A stretch of 64,000 nt of DNA from IMG/VR virus record IMGVR_UViG_3300010346_000749, positions 1 through 64,000 of that record; one strand, written 5' to 3'. The notes under the pieces were generated by a model. It did not search any database. It had not been told where the DNA came from and was given only the letters and a program-made list of their open reading frames with translations. Positions 24,188-34,116 of the stretch are shown here, piece after piece (the stretch's first letter is position 1; each line of letters starts with the position of its first letter). Source of the DNA: a virus. The translations under genes and the position numbers were made by a program.

Positions 24188-26278
24188 ATGACAGTCCCAT
24201 TTTCCAATCAAGAAAATGTTCAGGAATTTAAGGAGTTGCAATTAGTCCCTTCTGATTTTGAAGAGATAATGGAAGTATTAATTGCACGTGTTAAAAGTCG
24301 ATTGCCAAATAAATGGCAAGATTTTTTAACTTCAAACTTTGGTATTGAGTTAGCTGAAGTCTTTTCGTATGAAGCAGCCCAATTAGTTTATCTTATTAAT
24401 AGAAATGTTAATGAAGTTTATATGCCAACTGCTAGAACAAGATATGGTGTTTATAATCTTGCTCGAAATATCGGATATATGTCTAGACCACCAGCACCAG
24501 CTCGAACAACTTGTCTATTAACAATTCCTTTTGATAATCCAAATAGAAACAATATTGCCATTCCTAAATATACTAAACTGTCAACACAAGATGGTAAAAT
24601 GTTTTATATTGAGAAAGATTACATATTGCCGAGTGGTCAATCACAAATTGAAGTTGATGTTGTTGCGGGAACAATTATTTCTGACACATTTATTGCCAAT
24701 GGAATTGCTAGGTATCCTTATCAAACAAATTATTATCCAGTTTCTTTTGTTGAATCCGTAAAAGTAAATGATTCCCCATGGGAATATTCTGAATATCTTG
24801 ATATGATAGGCCCAGAAATGGTTTATACAATTGAGAATGATAAAGACTTTAGAGCTAAAATCATTTTTGGTGATGGTATTTATGGGATGAATCCATTAAA
24901 AGATTCTGAAATTGAAGTTCTTTATAATGTTAATCTTGGAGAAAATTCAAATACTTCTGCTTATTCCATAAATAAAATTGTTGATCCAATTTATGATACT
25001 GATGGAAGAAAAGTCAATTTTACTATTACGAATCCAAATGCGGCAATTGGTGGAGATAGAGAAGAAACAGTTAATGAAATTCGTAGAAATGCACCAAGTA
25101 TTTTTAGAACACAGTGGAGAACAGTGACGAAACAGGATTTTAAAGATACTTTAAGAGCTGAACCGGGGATTGAAAAGTTGATTGTCCTTGACAGATATGA
25201 TATGGATGAAATTGGTATTTATGGTGTTAAAATTGGAATCATTCCAACTGAAGGCGGATATATTGATGATGCTTTTAAGAATCATATTTTAGAAGTATTG
25301 GAAAATAGAAGGCTTCTGACTACTGATATTCAATTTATACAACCAGAATATGTTCCAATCAATCTTGACATAACTATTAGTAAAAGAGATAATGTAAATG
25401 CTCATATTGTTCAAACAAGGTTAAAAGCTGAGTTGTTCAATTATCTAAATTGGAAAAATAGGGATTTTGGCAATGATGTGACGGCAATAGATTTGTATAG
25501 AATTATTGGGAATGTCGAGGGTGTAGCATTTGCTGATAATCTTGTAATTGAACCAAAAAAATATACATATATTGCAAAATCATTGAAAGTTGGTAGAACA
25601 GAAAAGAAGACGATTCAAGTCATTGATTCAATGTCAATTCTTAAACCCAATATGGAAGTTGTAATTTTGAACAATCAAGGGGAAACCATCTGTCAAAATA
25701 AAATTGATAAGATTCAAGGTTCTTCGATTACGATGAAATATGACATGAATTATGATTTTGAATATGGAAATAATATTTATCCAGTTTTAACAGTTAAGAA
25801 TGATATTAATGAAGGTTCTAAGACAGTGGCTTTTGAAACAGATTATGCCAATCTTAATGATACAGTAATTTATTTTGCAAATAAACCTGATAAGTATTAT
25901 ACCATTCGATTTAAAACTATCAATGGTTATTATCTGGATGAAGAAATTAAGTATGATGTTCCTACTGGCACGAAAGTGTATGTCATGAGTAAGGATATTT
26001 TTTCAAGAACTGAATTTTTCCACAATAAAGGTGCTGTTTCATTGACATTTACAAATACACCAAGATTTGTTGTTGGAGCTGTCCTATATAAAGAATCAAA
26101 TCCAGATGTTAAATATTATGTCAAATCTGTTGAAAATAATACAGCATTTATAACGCCAACGTTAGTTGAAGATGTTAGAGAATATGAAAAGTTTATTGTT
26201 GAATCTGATTCATTAAATCTTTATAAATATGAGATTGCGGATTGTGGAAAAATTAATATAAACATTGTTAATGCTTAA
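24188..26278 (+). CDS. baseplate J-like protein (gpJ/gp6 family)
   Basis: 696 aa directly after the gp25-like gene, the conserved order in P2/Mu/PBSX-type baseplate modules. Confidence 0.6.
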   Translation: MTVPFSNQENVQEFKELQLVPSDFEEIMEVLIARVKSRLPNKWQDFLTSNFGIELAEVFSYEAAQLVYLINRNVNEVYMPTARTRYGVYNLARNIGYMSRPPAPARTTCLLTIPFDNPNRNNIAIPKYTKLSTQDGKMFYIEKDYILPSGQSQIEVDVVAGTIISDTFIANGIARYPYQTNYYPVSFVESVKVNDSPWEYSEYLDMIGPEMVYTIENDKDFRAKIIFGDGIYGMNPLKDSEIEVLYNVNLGENSNTSAYSINKIVDPIYDTDGRKVNFTITNPNAAIGGDREETVNEIRRNAPSIFRTQWRTVTKQDFKDTLRAEPGIEKLIVLDRYDMDEIGIYGVKIGIIPTEGGYIDDAFKNHILEVLENRRLLTTDIQFIQPEYVPINLDITISKRDNVNAHIVQTRLKAELFNYLNWKNRDFGNDVTAIDLYRIIGNVEGVAFADNLVIEPKKYTYIAKSLKVGRTEKKTIQVIDSMSILKPNMEVVILNNQGETICQNKIDKIQGSSITMKYDMNYDFEYGNNIYPVLTVKNDINEGSKTVAFETDYANLNDTVIYFANKPDKYYTIRFKTINGYYLDEEIKYDVPTGTKVYVMSKDIFSRTEFFHNKGAVSLTFTNTPRFVVGAVLYKESNPDVKYYVKSVENNTAFITPTLVEDVREYEKFIVESDSLNLYKYEIADCGKININIVNA

Positions 26279-26287
26279 AGGTCGTGT

Positions 26288-27652
26288 ATGTCCATGAGAA
26301 ATCATAATTATTTATATGAAAGACTTCCTGAATATACACGAGAATTAACGGATATCATGTTTGATGTTAATTCATCTGGTGAGGAAGTTAAGATACTTCA
26401 AGAATTTTTGAAATCAGTAGATGAAACTACATTACAGCCGTTAAAAGAATATATCAATGAAATCATAACACTTCAAGATATTGATGCAATTAGAGATGAA
26501 TTGTTGCCATATTTTGGATTTCTTTATGGATATGTTTGGGATGAAAAGTTAAGTGTATCTATTCAAAGAAGTCTTCTAAAAAATATTGTTCAATTATACA
26601 AAAGAAAAGGAACACCTTACTCACTTTACTATCAACTATATTTTCATGATAACGCTGTTAAATTAATTGAACCACATAAATACATTTGGATATTAAATGT
26701 TAGAGGTAAGTTGTCTGGTATCTATAAATTGCCATCAGAAGATTATTACAGCCGAGGTTTATTTGTTGTTGAAACTTCGGCTGATATTCCAACTGTCCGA
26801 GATATTATTGAAACCGTTAGACCAATTGGAACAGTTGGAATAATTACTTCTATTAGTGGGAATTTGGTTAATCTGAATCCATTATGTGAAGGATATAATG
26901 ATATTGAAATTCCATCAATGGGAAATATCTTTGAGGAATTTATCAATGGTCAAAATCATTTGCAAACCAGATTTGGATATTATCATGACAGTAGTTCCTT
27001 TGACCTAAAGTTAATTCTATCTAGTTATGTTCCAGAAGATTTGTATGCTTACTATGTTGGATATTATACTGGAGAATTGAGTTCAAGGAAAAGATTATTT
27101 GCAACAGAACATTTATCTATTCATGATTCTGTAATTATGGGTCAACAATTATTACCAACGAGTGCTCAATTTAAACTGCACGAATTATATTCTTTGAATT
27201 TAATTGATCCAATAAATCATGAGATGGAAGATTTTCAACTTAATGATAAGGATTCATTATTGAACAATAAAACTTATTTAGTTGAAAAAGCTAAAAAGTA
27301 TTATATGATGACAACTCAAAGAAACTTTTTACAAAAGGCTCAGGTAAGAACAAAAGGTAAATTAAAAGGGTTGTTCTTAAATAAAGTTGCAAGTTTATTG
27401 GGTGTTAATAATTGGTTCAATTGTGATAAAGCAGACCCGGAAGATTACAATAGAATTCATTGGGTTCTCAAAGATTATTGTAGTATGGGGAAACAAATAT
27501 TTGCTTCCTCAAATTATACATTTGAACAATTAAGCTCGATTACATTTAATGAAATGAATTCCCTGCCTAAAAAATCAACTGATGTTCTCGAAAATATGAA
27601 TATTACAAACATTATTCATCAGGAATTATCAGAAGAAAAAATTATGAATTGA
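26288..27652 (+). CDS. baseplate wedge/tail-fibre connector (gpI / XkdU position)
   Basis: 454 aa after the J-like gene; assignment by gene order only. Confidence 0.4.
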   Translation: MSMRNHNYLYERLPEYTRELTDIMFDVNSSGEEVKILQEFLKSVDETTLQPLKEYINEIITLQDIDAIRDELLPYFGFLYGYVWDEKLSVSIQRSLLKNIVQLYKRKGTPYSLYYQLYFHDNAVKLIEPHKYIWILNVRGKLSGIYKLPSEDYYSRGLFVVETSADIPTVRDIIETVRPIGTVGIITSISGNLVNLNPLCEGYNDIEIPSMGNIFEEFINGQNHLQTRFGYYHDSSSFDLKLILSSYVPEDLYAYYVGYYTGELSSRKRLFATEHLSIHDSVIMGQQLLPTSAQFKLHELYSLNLIDPINHEMEDFQLNDKDSLLNNKTYLVEKAKKYYMMTTQRNFLQKAQVRTKGKLKGLFLNKVASLLGVNNWFNCDKADPEDYNRIHWVLKDYCSMGKQIFASSNYTFEQLSSITFNEMNSLPKKSTDVLENMNITNIIHQELSEEKIMN

Positions 27653-27669
27653 TCTAAGGAGTGAAACTA

Positions 27670-28224
27670 ATGGCAACTACGCCAACAGTCAGCACATATA
27701 AATCACACGTTTCAAGGGCATGGTCATTTTATAATGATACGCCAAGAATCATGTTTGCAATTGGGAAAACAACACCGTGGACAAATGAAAATCAGCCGCC
27801 TAATCCAGTAATTGATAAAGATACATTAGATGAATTAATTGGATTTAAAAAAGTTGATAGAATGTTATTTGTTATTCCTGACCCTGTTAATGGGACAATT
27901 GTTATTGACAATGTAAGATGGACACCTATTGAACCTGATCCTGCAATTCCCGGAGATACATTGTATAATGCTATTCGAAGAGCCAATGCTAGATGGGTTT
28001 ATGTTGAAACAGTTTTGGAATCAACAGAATTTCCAAATACTACATATCGTGAAATTGGATTATATTCACGAATCCTTTTGAATGATGGTGTTTCAACATC
28101 TCAATTAACATATAACCCTTCTGAAATTCTCGATTCTGGTATTTTGGAAGCTTGGAAAACTAGACCACCTGTTTATAAAACGAGTAGTCAACGTGAAATG
28201 TTATCCTTTGTTCTTGAATTCTAA
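27670..28224 (+). CDS. hypothetical virion protein
   Basis: ATG 27670 eight nt after AAGGAG (track start GTG 27661). Confidence 0.6.
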   Translation: MATTPTVSTYKSHVSRAWSFYNDTPRIMFAIGKTTPWTNENQPPNPVIDKDTLDELIGFKKVDRMLFVIPDPVNGTIVIDNVRWTPIEPDPAIPGDTLYNAIRRANARWVYVETVLESTEFPNTTYREIGLYSRILLNDGVSTSQLTYNPSEILDSGILEAWKTRPPVYKTSSQREMLSFVLEF

Positions 28225-28243
28225 AATAAGTTGGTGTTAATAA

Positions 28244-31200
28244 ATGAAGCTAAATAAACAAGGATATCCATTTTATGATAAGGCTGAGCAAGATCGTGCT
28301 CAAAAAGGATATCAAGATGTTCTTTTTAATCCCGGCAGAAGTCTTCAACAAAGGGAATTAACAGAACTTGGGTCTTATCAATATGAAAGATTGAAGAGTT
28401 TTGTTCGTGAACAATTTGGTGGTAATCAAATTCTTAGTGGTGCTACTCTTTCAAATCTTAATTCTCAAACGAAACAGATTACCTTTAGTGGTGCCAAAAT
28501 TCTTTATGATGCTGATTTTTATACTGTTGATTCAACAACTCTTTCTTATGTCGGGTCTGGTGAAGAAGTTTTTTCTTTGGAATTGAAAGAACAGATTATT
28601 ACCGAAATTGAAGATGAAAGTTTGAATGATCCAACAGAAGGGTATGACAATTATAATCAACCAGGCGCTTTTAGAATTAAAAGATGGGTTGAATATGTAA
28701 AGAATACAACAGATACAAATGCTCTAAAAGTTTTGGTCATGAATAATGGAGTTATTACATTTCAAAGGAATGAGGCAACTCCTTCTAAAGAAACAAAGGT
28801 TCAAAATGAATCAGACATTATGGCTTTAATAGAACAAAGAACCTATGAAGAATCTGGCAATTATATTGCTTCAGGGTGTCGTTTGTTTAATAAACCTTGT
28901 CTAGACAATGAAAAAATTGGATTCTTTTTAGAGAGTGGCACAGTTTATATTGAAGGTCGCCGTATTGATGTATTGCCACAAGACTTGTTTATTAAAAAGT
29001 CATCATTGGTTGATAATGTCATTGGTGAAACACATATGACAAAAGCCATTTCTGATCCAATTTATACTTTAAGAGAATCTCCGGCTATCAAAATCAATAC
29101 ATTGTATTTGCCTATTTTAGCCACTGGTTCTATTACAAGAGGTTCTTCAAATCTTGACCCAATTGGTTTTAATTTAAACATTGTAGATATTAAAAAGGTT
29201 TATGTAAATGTTGGTAGTCCATTTGAAAAAAATGTTCATTATAAGCAAAATGGTAATTTTATTGAATGGTTAATAGCCCCACCAGAAGCACCTGCTGTTG
29301 GTTCAACATATACAGTAGAATATGTTTACAATAAAATCAATGGTGTAGAAAATGTTGATTATGAATTATTCTTGGGATTGCCAGTTAATGATAAAACATT
29401 AGCAACTACATTGCCTGCCAATGGCCAAATTGCAATTCCAATGGATGATGAAGTTGGCAATTTAATTGTTAAATCTGTTAAGGTTAATGGAACCAAATTA
29501 AATGATTATCAGTATATGATTAATCAGAATAAATTAACCATTCCTTATCTTACAAATAATCAAATTATTCGAAAATCTTTTCAGAAGAGTTCAAATGCTT
29601 CAGAAGTATTTCCAATTGATGCGACGATTAACAGAATTCTATATTATTCGTCATCTAATTTAAATCCTTATCTTGAAGGATTGCAGTATGTTCTCAATGG
29701 TCAGAATATTACCTTTTTAGATTCTGGAATAATGCCAAGTAAAGATTCATATTTAGTTGAATATCAATTGAATGCCCCAATCAATGCAACTTCCGGTGAT
29801 TCGGTTGAAATTATTTATGCTTATGAATCAAAAAGTCAATCTCAAGACTGGCAATCTCAAGTAGAATCTGTTTTAAAAATTCTGAATGTTAATCTTGCTG
29901 AAGGATATAATATTTTTGTTAATTATTCTTATGTTCCTACACAACATTATTATATTACGGTAGATAAAGATGGAAAAATTAATTCTAAATATCAACCTTC
30001 AAAGATTAAAGATTTAATGATTTCTTCAACAGAATTGTTAATTGCAGATGTTTATACAAAACATTATAGTATGATACCTTTTGTTCAACTCCAGAAAATT
30101 TTAAATGTTTCTATGGGTGAATTGAGAACAATGAAGACTGAAATTGAAAATCTAAAATATGATATTCAATTGTCAGATTTGGAAAAATTGGTTGAATTAA
30201 ATGAACCAGCTTCAAGTTTAAAAGGTGTATATACTGATGGATTCATAACAGATTCAAAAATAGATGATGGTTATTTGTCAATTAAATTGGGAGCTTCAAA
30301 TTATCAAAAAAGAACTCTTGTGCCAAATATTCCTAAGAAATTATTGAATTTGAATTTTACAATGACTGATACTATTTTGTCTCCAGACTGGAATGATCCA
30401 AAAACAACAGCCGGTAGATTTGACAAAATGGTTTTAATTTCTAAAGATTATACAGATGTTCTTTGGAAGAGTCAGCCATTAGCCAGTAATTACAGGTCAT
30501 TAGCAGAAGGGGCCGCTTGGGAAGCACAACCAAAAGTCAAAATCACTCCAGATAGTGATATGTTTATGGATAAAGAATCTTTGGAAAAACAATCAATTGT
30601 TTCCAAAATTGATTATACTTTGGCCAATGCCGGTGCGGCACCAGCTTTTAATAATAGTATTGTTCCTGTAGTTAATAATGGAACAGTTGGGGCAGGTTCT
30701 CAATCAACATCCACTATTGCCGGAGATTATCAAACAACCGTCGTGAAATGGTATGAAAAGAAAACTTCTGAAACTTCACAGAATCTAGGTGATTTTGTCA
30801 AGTCAATTGAAGCTGAAATGAATTTGAGACAAATTGAAATCAAACTATCGGCTGAAAATTTTCCAGACAATCAAGATTTAATTGAACTATTTTTTGATGG
30901 TATTAGATGTGAGTTAAGGCAAGACCCGGATAATTTAGTTGGCACACCAAGTCTATTATTGGATGGTGCTTTTAAAGCTAATTCGGATGGCAAATTTAAT
31001 GCTGTTTTTACTATTCCATCTGGTATTAGATATGGTAATAGAAAAGTTGAATTGATGGCACCAGGTAGTAAAACAGAAACAACTTTTTGGGGATTAGGAT
31101 TAAAACAACAAGTCCAAGAATTGACATATAATCAATCTATTACAAATTGGGAATTACAACAAAAAACAGTTAGCACTAAAATTTGTTCTTGTAGAACGAA

Positions 31201-33427
31201 TTGTAGTTGTAATGGTAGAACACCATGTAGTTGCAATGGGTATGTTCCACCTTCTTGTAGTTGTGATGCTAGAACTTCTTGCAGTTGTAATACCAGAACA
31301 CCAATAATTGCCTGTGAATGTAAAACACAATTGGCTTGTGGTTGCCATTCTAGAAATGTTTGTGAATGTAATTCAAGAACACATTGTAGTTGTAATTCTC
31401 GAACGCCTTGTAGTTGTGATGTTAGAACACCTTGTAGTTGTAATACTCGATATCCATGTATGTGTCAGGGTCGTGACAGTGGCAACAGAGACGGCGGCGG
31501 ATGTGGTGGAACAACACCAATTGGGCAAACGTTTGTCATCAATATGGAAGATGAAAGAACCTTTAGCCCAATTCAAAAGAAATTGATTGAATTGCCATCT
31601 AAATCAAATATTTTTGTATCGGCTGTTGATCTTTGCTTCCATCGTCCAGGCAATATTGATCCTATGTTTGTTATGTTCTCACCTCTTGGTGATCAAGGAC
31701 TACCATTGTATTTTGATATGGCAAGTCCAAATTATGAAGAATATTCATATTTGGATATTTTAAATTCAAATGCTTATTCTGATATTGCTGATAAATGGTT
31801 CCATAAAAAATTCTCCACACCAATGTCATTAGTTGGCAATTCTAGATATGCTATGATTTTAGGTTCTCACGATATTGAATGTAAACATTGGGTTGCTAAA
31901 CTTGGAGAGAAAAACGTTAAGACAAATGAAATAATTACCACTGAACCAGACAGAGGCGTTTTCATTGCAGCACCGAATGGTGATACATGGCAAACTGACA
32001 TTCAGAGTGATTTGACACATCAAATTTATATCGCTGATTTTTCTACTGACCCAAAAATTGAATTATTTGATTTTAATAATTCTACCATGTATCGTAGTTA
32101 TCTTTATTACCCAACGGTTGTTTTTAATGATGTTCTTAATTCTACTTGCCAAAAAGCTAATTTTATATTGGCAAGAATTCAAGGAGAAGAATCAACCGAT
32201 GGATTGGCTTATTTGAGATATGAATATTCAACAAATGCTGGCCAAACTTGGGTTGAATTTATCCCCGAAAGTCTCATTGAATTTGATGAGGCTGTTTCAA
32301 ATGTTCAATTTAGGGTAATTTTTGAATCAACTAATAAATATGGTTCACCAATGTTGAAAGATTCAAAATTGTATCTATCTTTTGGTAGATATGAAAAAGA
32401 TGGTTTTTATGTTTCAAGAAGTTCTAAGATTGGTGAATATAAATATGTCAATACCTATCTTGATAAGTTTAATGATCCTTCTCTTTCAACCATTGATATT
32501 TATTATTCACCTGACAATGGATATTCTTGGAGATCAATGCCACAAATGAAATCTGAAATGTTGTGGGTAGATTATCAAAAGGAAGCTTATCAAGTATATT
32601 GTGAAACGAAAAATAAATTAATTGATCCTGAAATTTTAAGTCATAATATTTCAGGTGTTGGATCATTAACAGGTAATAAATATTATTCAATTGTTTATCA
32701 TACTTTAAATGACGGAAGAACATTGGCCTCTAATAAATATCAAGTTTCTGGATTGTCAAATAATAAAGTTGATTTGTCCATCAAATTTGATCCAAATAGT
32801 TCATACTTCAAAATCTACAGAAGTAATACTATTGATGGGGATTATCATTTGATTTATAATTCAGGAGTCATGACAACATTAACAAATAATGTCCTTTCTA
32901 CTGATAATGTTTTACCTGTTAATTCCACGGTAGAATTTCCTGAAAGTGGATTCTTAATCATAAATAATGAATTTATTTCTTATAGTGGCAAAACATTAAA
33001 TTCATTTACTGGATGTGTCAGAGGTCAGACCGATTTAAATCAATTTGTGACAGTTGCATCAAACCATAATCTTGGAAATAGTGTAATTCTTATGAGTTAT
33101 CCTTCAACAGACTTGCCACTTTGTTCAGATGTTCAGGGTGCAAGTGGCAAAATACCGGATGACTTCGAAGTTCTTGGAACATTGCCAAATATTTATTGCC
33201 AAATGGTATTTACTGATGAAGGATTGAATGATTTAACTCCTGTATTAGTTGCCGAAACTGTTGTTCCAGAAGATGATGAAGCTGTTTTTGATTCTTCATT
33301 CTTGAAGATGATGATTCACATGAAAATTGATGGTGCCACGGAAAATGAAATTCAATCCAATTTGGACAATTCTAAATCATGGCCACAATGTGGTAGATTG
33401 ATGGTAAGTGCAAAAATGATTGATTAA
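28244..33427 (+). CDS. giant distal baseplate/fibre protein, paralog family member 1, with embedded CxC-xx-RT repeat block
   Basis: 1727 aa. N-module KGYQDVLFNPGRSLQQRELTEL and NYNQPGAFRIK are shared with 38999 and 34109/33512. 12 CxC units at aa 981-1076. Confidence 0.7.
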   Translation: MKLNKQGYPFYDKAEQDRAQKGYQDVLFNPGRSLQQRELTELGSYQYERLKSFVREQFGGNQILSGATLSNLNSQTKQITFSGAKILYDADFYTVDSTTLSYVGSGEEVFSLELKEQIITEIEDESLNDPTEGYDNYNQPGAFRIKRWVEYVKNTTDTNALKVLVMNNGVITFQRNEATPSKETKVQNESDIMALIEQRTYEESGNYIASGCRLFNKPCLDNEKIGFFLESGTVYIEGRRIDVLPQDLFIKKSSLVDNVIGETHMTKAISDPIYTLRESPAIKINTLYLPILATGSITRGSSNLDPIGFNLNIVDIKKVYVNVGSPFEKNVHYKQNGNFIEWLIAPPEAPAVGSTYTVEYVYNKINGVENVDYELFLGLPVNDKTLATTLPANGQIAIPMDDEVGNLIVKSVKVNGTKLNDYQYMINQNKLTIPYLTNNQIIRKSFQKSSNASEVFPIDATINRILYYSSSNLNPYLEGLQYVLNGQNITFLDSGIMPSKDSYLVEYQLNAPINATSGDSVEIIYAYESKSQSQDWQSQVESVLKILNVNLAEGYNIFVNYSYVPTQHYYITVDKDGKINSKYQPSKIKDLMISSTELLIADVYTKHYSMIPFVQLQKILNVSMGELRTMKTEIENLKYDIQLSDLEKLVELNEPASSLKGVYTDGFITDSKIDDGYLSIKLGASNYQKRTLVPNIPKKLLNLNFTMTDTILSPDWNDPKTTAGRFDKMVLISKDYTDVLWKSQPLASNYRSLAEGAAWEAQPKVKITPDSDMFMDKESLEKQSIVSKIDYTLANAGAAPAFNNSIVPVVNNGTVGAGSQSTSTIAGDYQTTVVKWYEKKTSETSQNLGDFVKSIEAEMNLRQIEIKLSAENFPDNQDLIELFFDGIRCELRQDPDNLVGTPSLLLDGAFKANSDGKFNAVFTIPSGIRYGNRKVELMAPGSKTETTFWGLGLKQQVQELTYNQSITNWELQQKTVSTKICSCRTNCSCNGRTPCSCNGYVPPSCSCDARTSCSCNTRTPIIACECKTQLACGCHSRNVCECNSRTHCSCNSRTPCSCDVRTPCSCNTRYPCMCQGRDSGNRDGGGCGGTTPIGQTFVINMEDERTFSPIQKKLIELPSKSNIFVSAVDLCFHRPGNIDPMFVMFSPLGDQGLPLYFDMASPNYEEYSYLDILNSNAYSDIADKWFHKKFSTPMSLVGNSRYAMILGSHDIECKHWVAKLGEKNVKTNEIITTEPDRGVFIAAPNGDTWQTDIQSDLTHQIYIADFSTDPKIELFDFNNSTMYRSYLYYPTVVFNDVLNSTCQKANFILARIQGEESTDGLAYLRYEYSTNAGQTWVEFIPESLIEFDEAVSNVQFRVIFESTNKYGSPMLKDSKLYLSFGRYEKDGFYVSRSSKIGEYKYVNTYLDKFNDPSLSTIDIYYSPDNGYSWRSMPQMKSEMLWVDYQKEAYQVYCETKNKLIDPEILSHNISGVGSLTGNKYYSIVYHTLNDGRTLASNKYQVSGLSNNKVDLSIKFDPNSSYFKIYRSNTIDGDYHLIYNSGVMTTLTNNVLSTDNVLPVNSTVEFPESGFLIINNEFISYSGKTLNSFTGCVRGQTDLNQFVTVASNHNLGNSVILMSYPSTDLPLCSDVQGASGKIPDDFEVLGTLPNIYCQMVFTDEGLNDLTPVLVAETVVPEDDEAVFDSSFLKMMIHMKIDGATENEIQSNLDNSKSWPQCGRLMVSAKMID
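31184..31472 (+). repeat. coding tandem repeat: about 12 units of C-x-C-x-x-R-T
   Basis: CSCRTNCSCNGRTPCSCNGYVPPSCSCDARTSCSCNTRTPIIACECKTQLACGCHSRNVCECNSRTHCSCNSRTPCSCDVRTPCSCNTRYPCMCQGR; reiterated TGTAGTTGTAAT...AGAACA at the DNA level. Confidence 0.9.
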
Positions 33428-33451
33428 GATTTTTTGTTTGGTAAAATTAAT

Positions 33452-33486
33452 GGAGAGGCTGATAAAGTTGGCCTCTCCATTTTCTC
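33452..33486 (+). terminator. intrinsic terminator
   Basis: GGAGAGGC-TGATAAAGTTG-GCCTCTCC followed by ATTTTCTC. Confidence 0.7.
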
Positions 33487-33511
33487 TATTTTGTTTTATG
33501 AGGTGAATTGA

Positions 33512-33802
33512 ATGAAAACGAATTTAAATCAATCGCCCTATTTTGCTGATCCAGATAAAGAATATTTTGAAAAACATTATCGAAAGATTATTGCCCTTCC
33601 TGCTAGAGTATTACAGTCGAGAGAAATAACAAATCTTTCCTTTTTTCCATTGATGGCAATAAAAGAATTCTCTGATATATATCATTACAATACAAAAATT
33701 ATTAAGGGAATTTCAAATCAAGTGGACAAAAAGATTAATGAAAATTCTTTGATCCTGAATACAGTAAACACGACGGTCGAATTGTTTGAGGGTGATTTAT
33801 AG
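33512..33802 (+). CDS. stand-alone N-terminal module of the giant-protein family
   Basis: 96 aa; PYFADPDKEYFEKHYRKIIALPARVLQSREITNL aligns with the N-termini of 28244 and 38999; TAG stop followed immediately by TGA. Confidence 0.55.
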   Translation: MKTNLNQSPYFADPDKEYFEKHYRKIIALPARVLQSREITNLSFFPLMAIKEFSDIYHYNTKIIKGISNQVDKKINENSLILNTVNTTVELFEGDL

Positions 33803-34116
33803 TGATTAATGATCCGATCATTAGAATGATTCCAAATGATTATTATGATAAAATTAAGAAGAAGTTAAAAGGTCAGAAACGTTGCCATGGTTTAATTGTT
33901 CCAAATGATTTTGGAAGAACTCTAACATCTTTTGATGTAGAATTGTTGCAATCTATTCCAATTGATCTTTTAAAAGAAGTAGGCGAATCTCTTAATATGA
34001 AACCATTAATGGTTGTTGATGGGTTATTTAATAATTCATTTTCAATCAAAAAAGATTTGGTTTTTTTAAATGATTTGTCAAATTGCCAAGTAGTGGAGGA
34101 AAACTTTCATGGCTAA
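33802..34116 (+). CDS. hypothetical protein
   Basis: 104 aa, GTG start sharing one nt with the preceding TAG; overlaps the next ATG. Confidence 0.45.
   Translation: MINDPIIRMIPNDYYDKIKKKLKGQKRCHGLIVPNDFGRTLTSFDVELLQSIPIDLLKEVGESLNMKPLMVVDGLFNNSFSIKKDLVFLNDLSNCQVVEENFHG

Noticed and set aside
31154-31586. Alternative-frame ORFs across the Cys-repeat block (31154-31348 minus, 31308-31586 plus, 31373-31576 minus)
   Set aside because: Open frames are generated by the periodic repeat itself. The + frame of the 1727-aa protein is continuous through the block.
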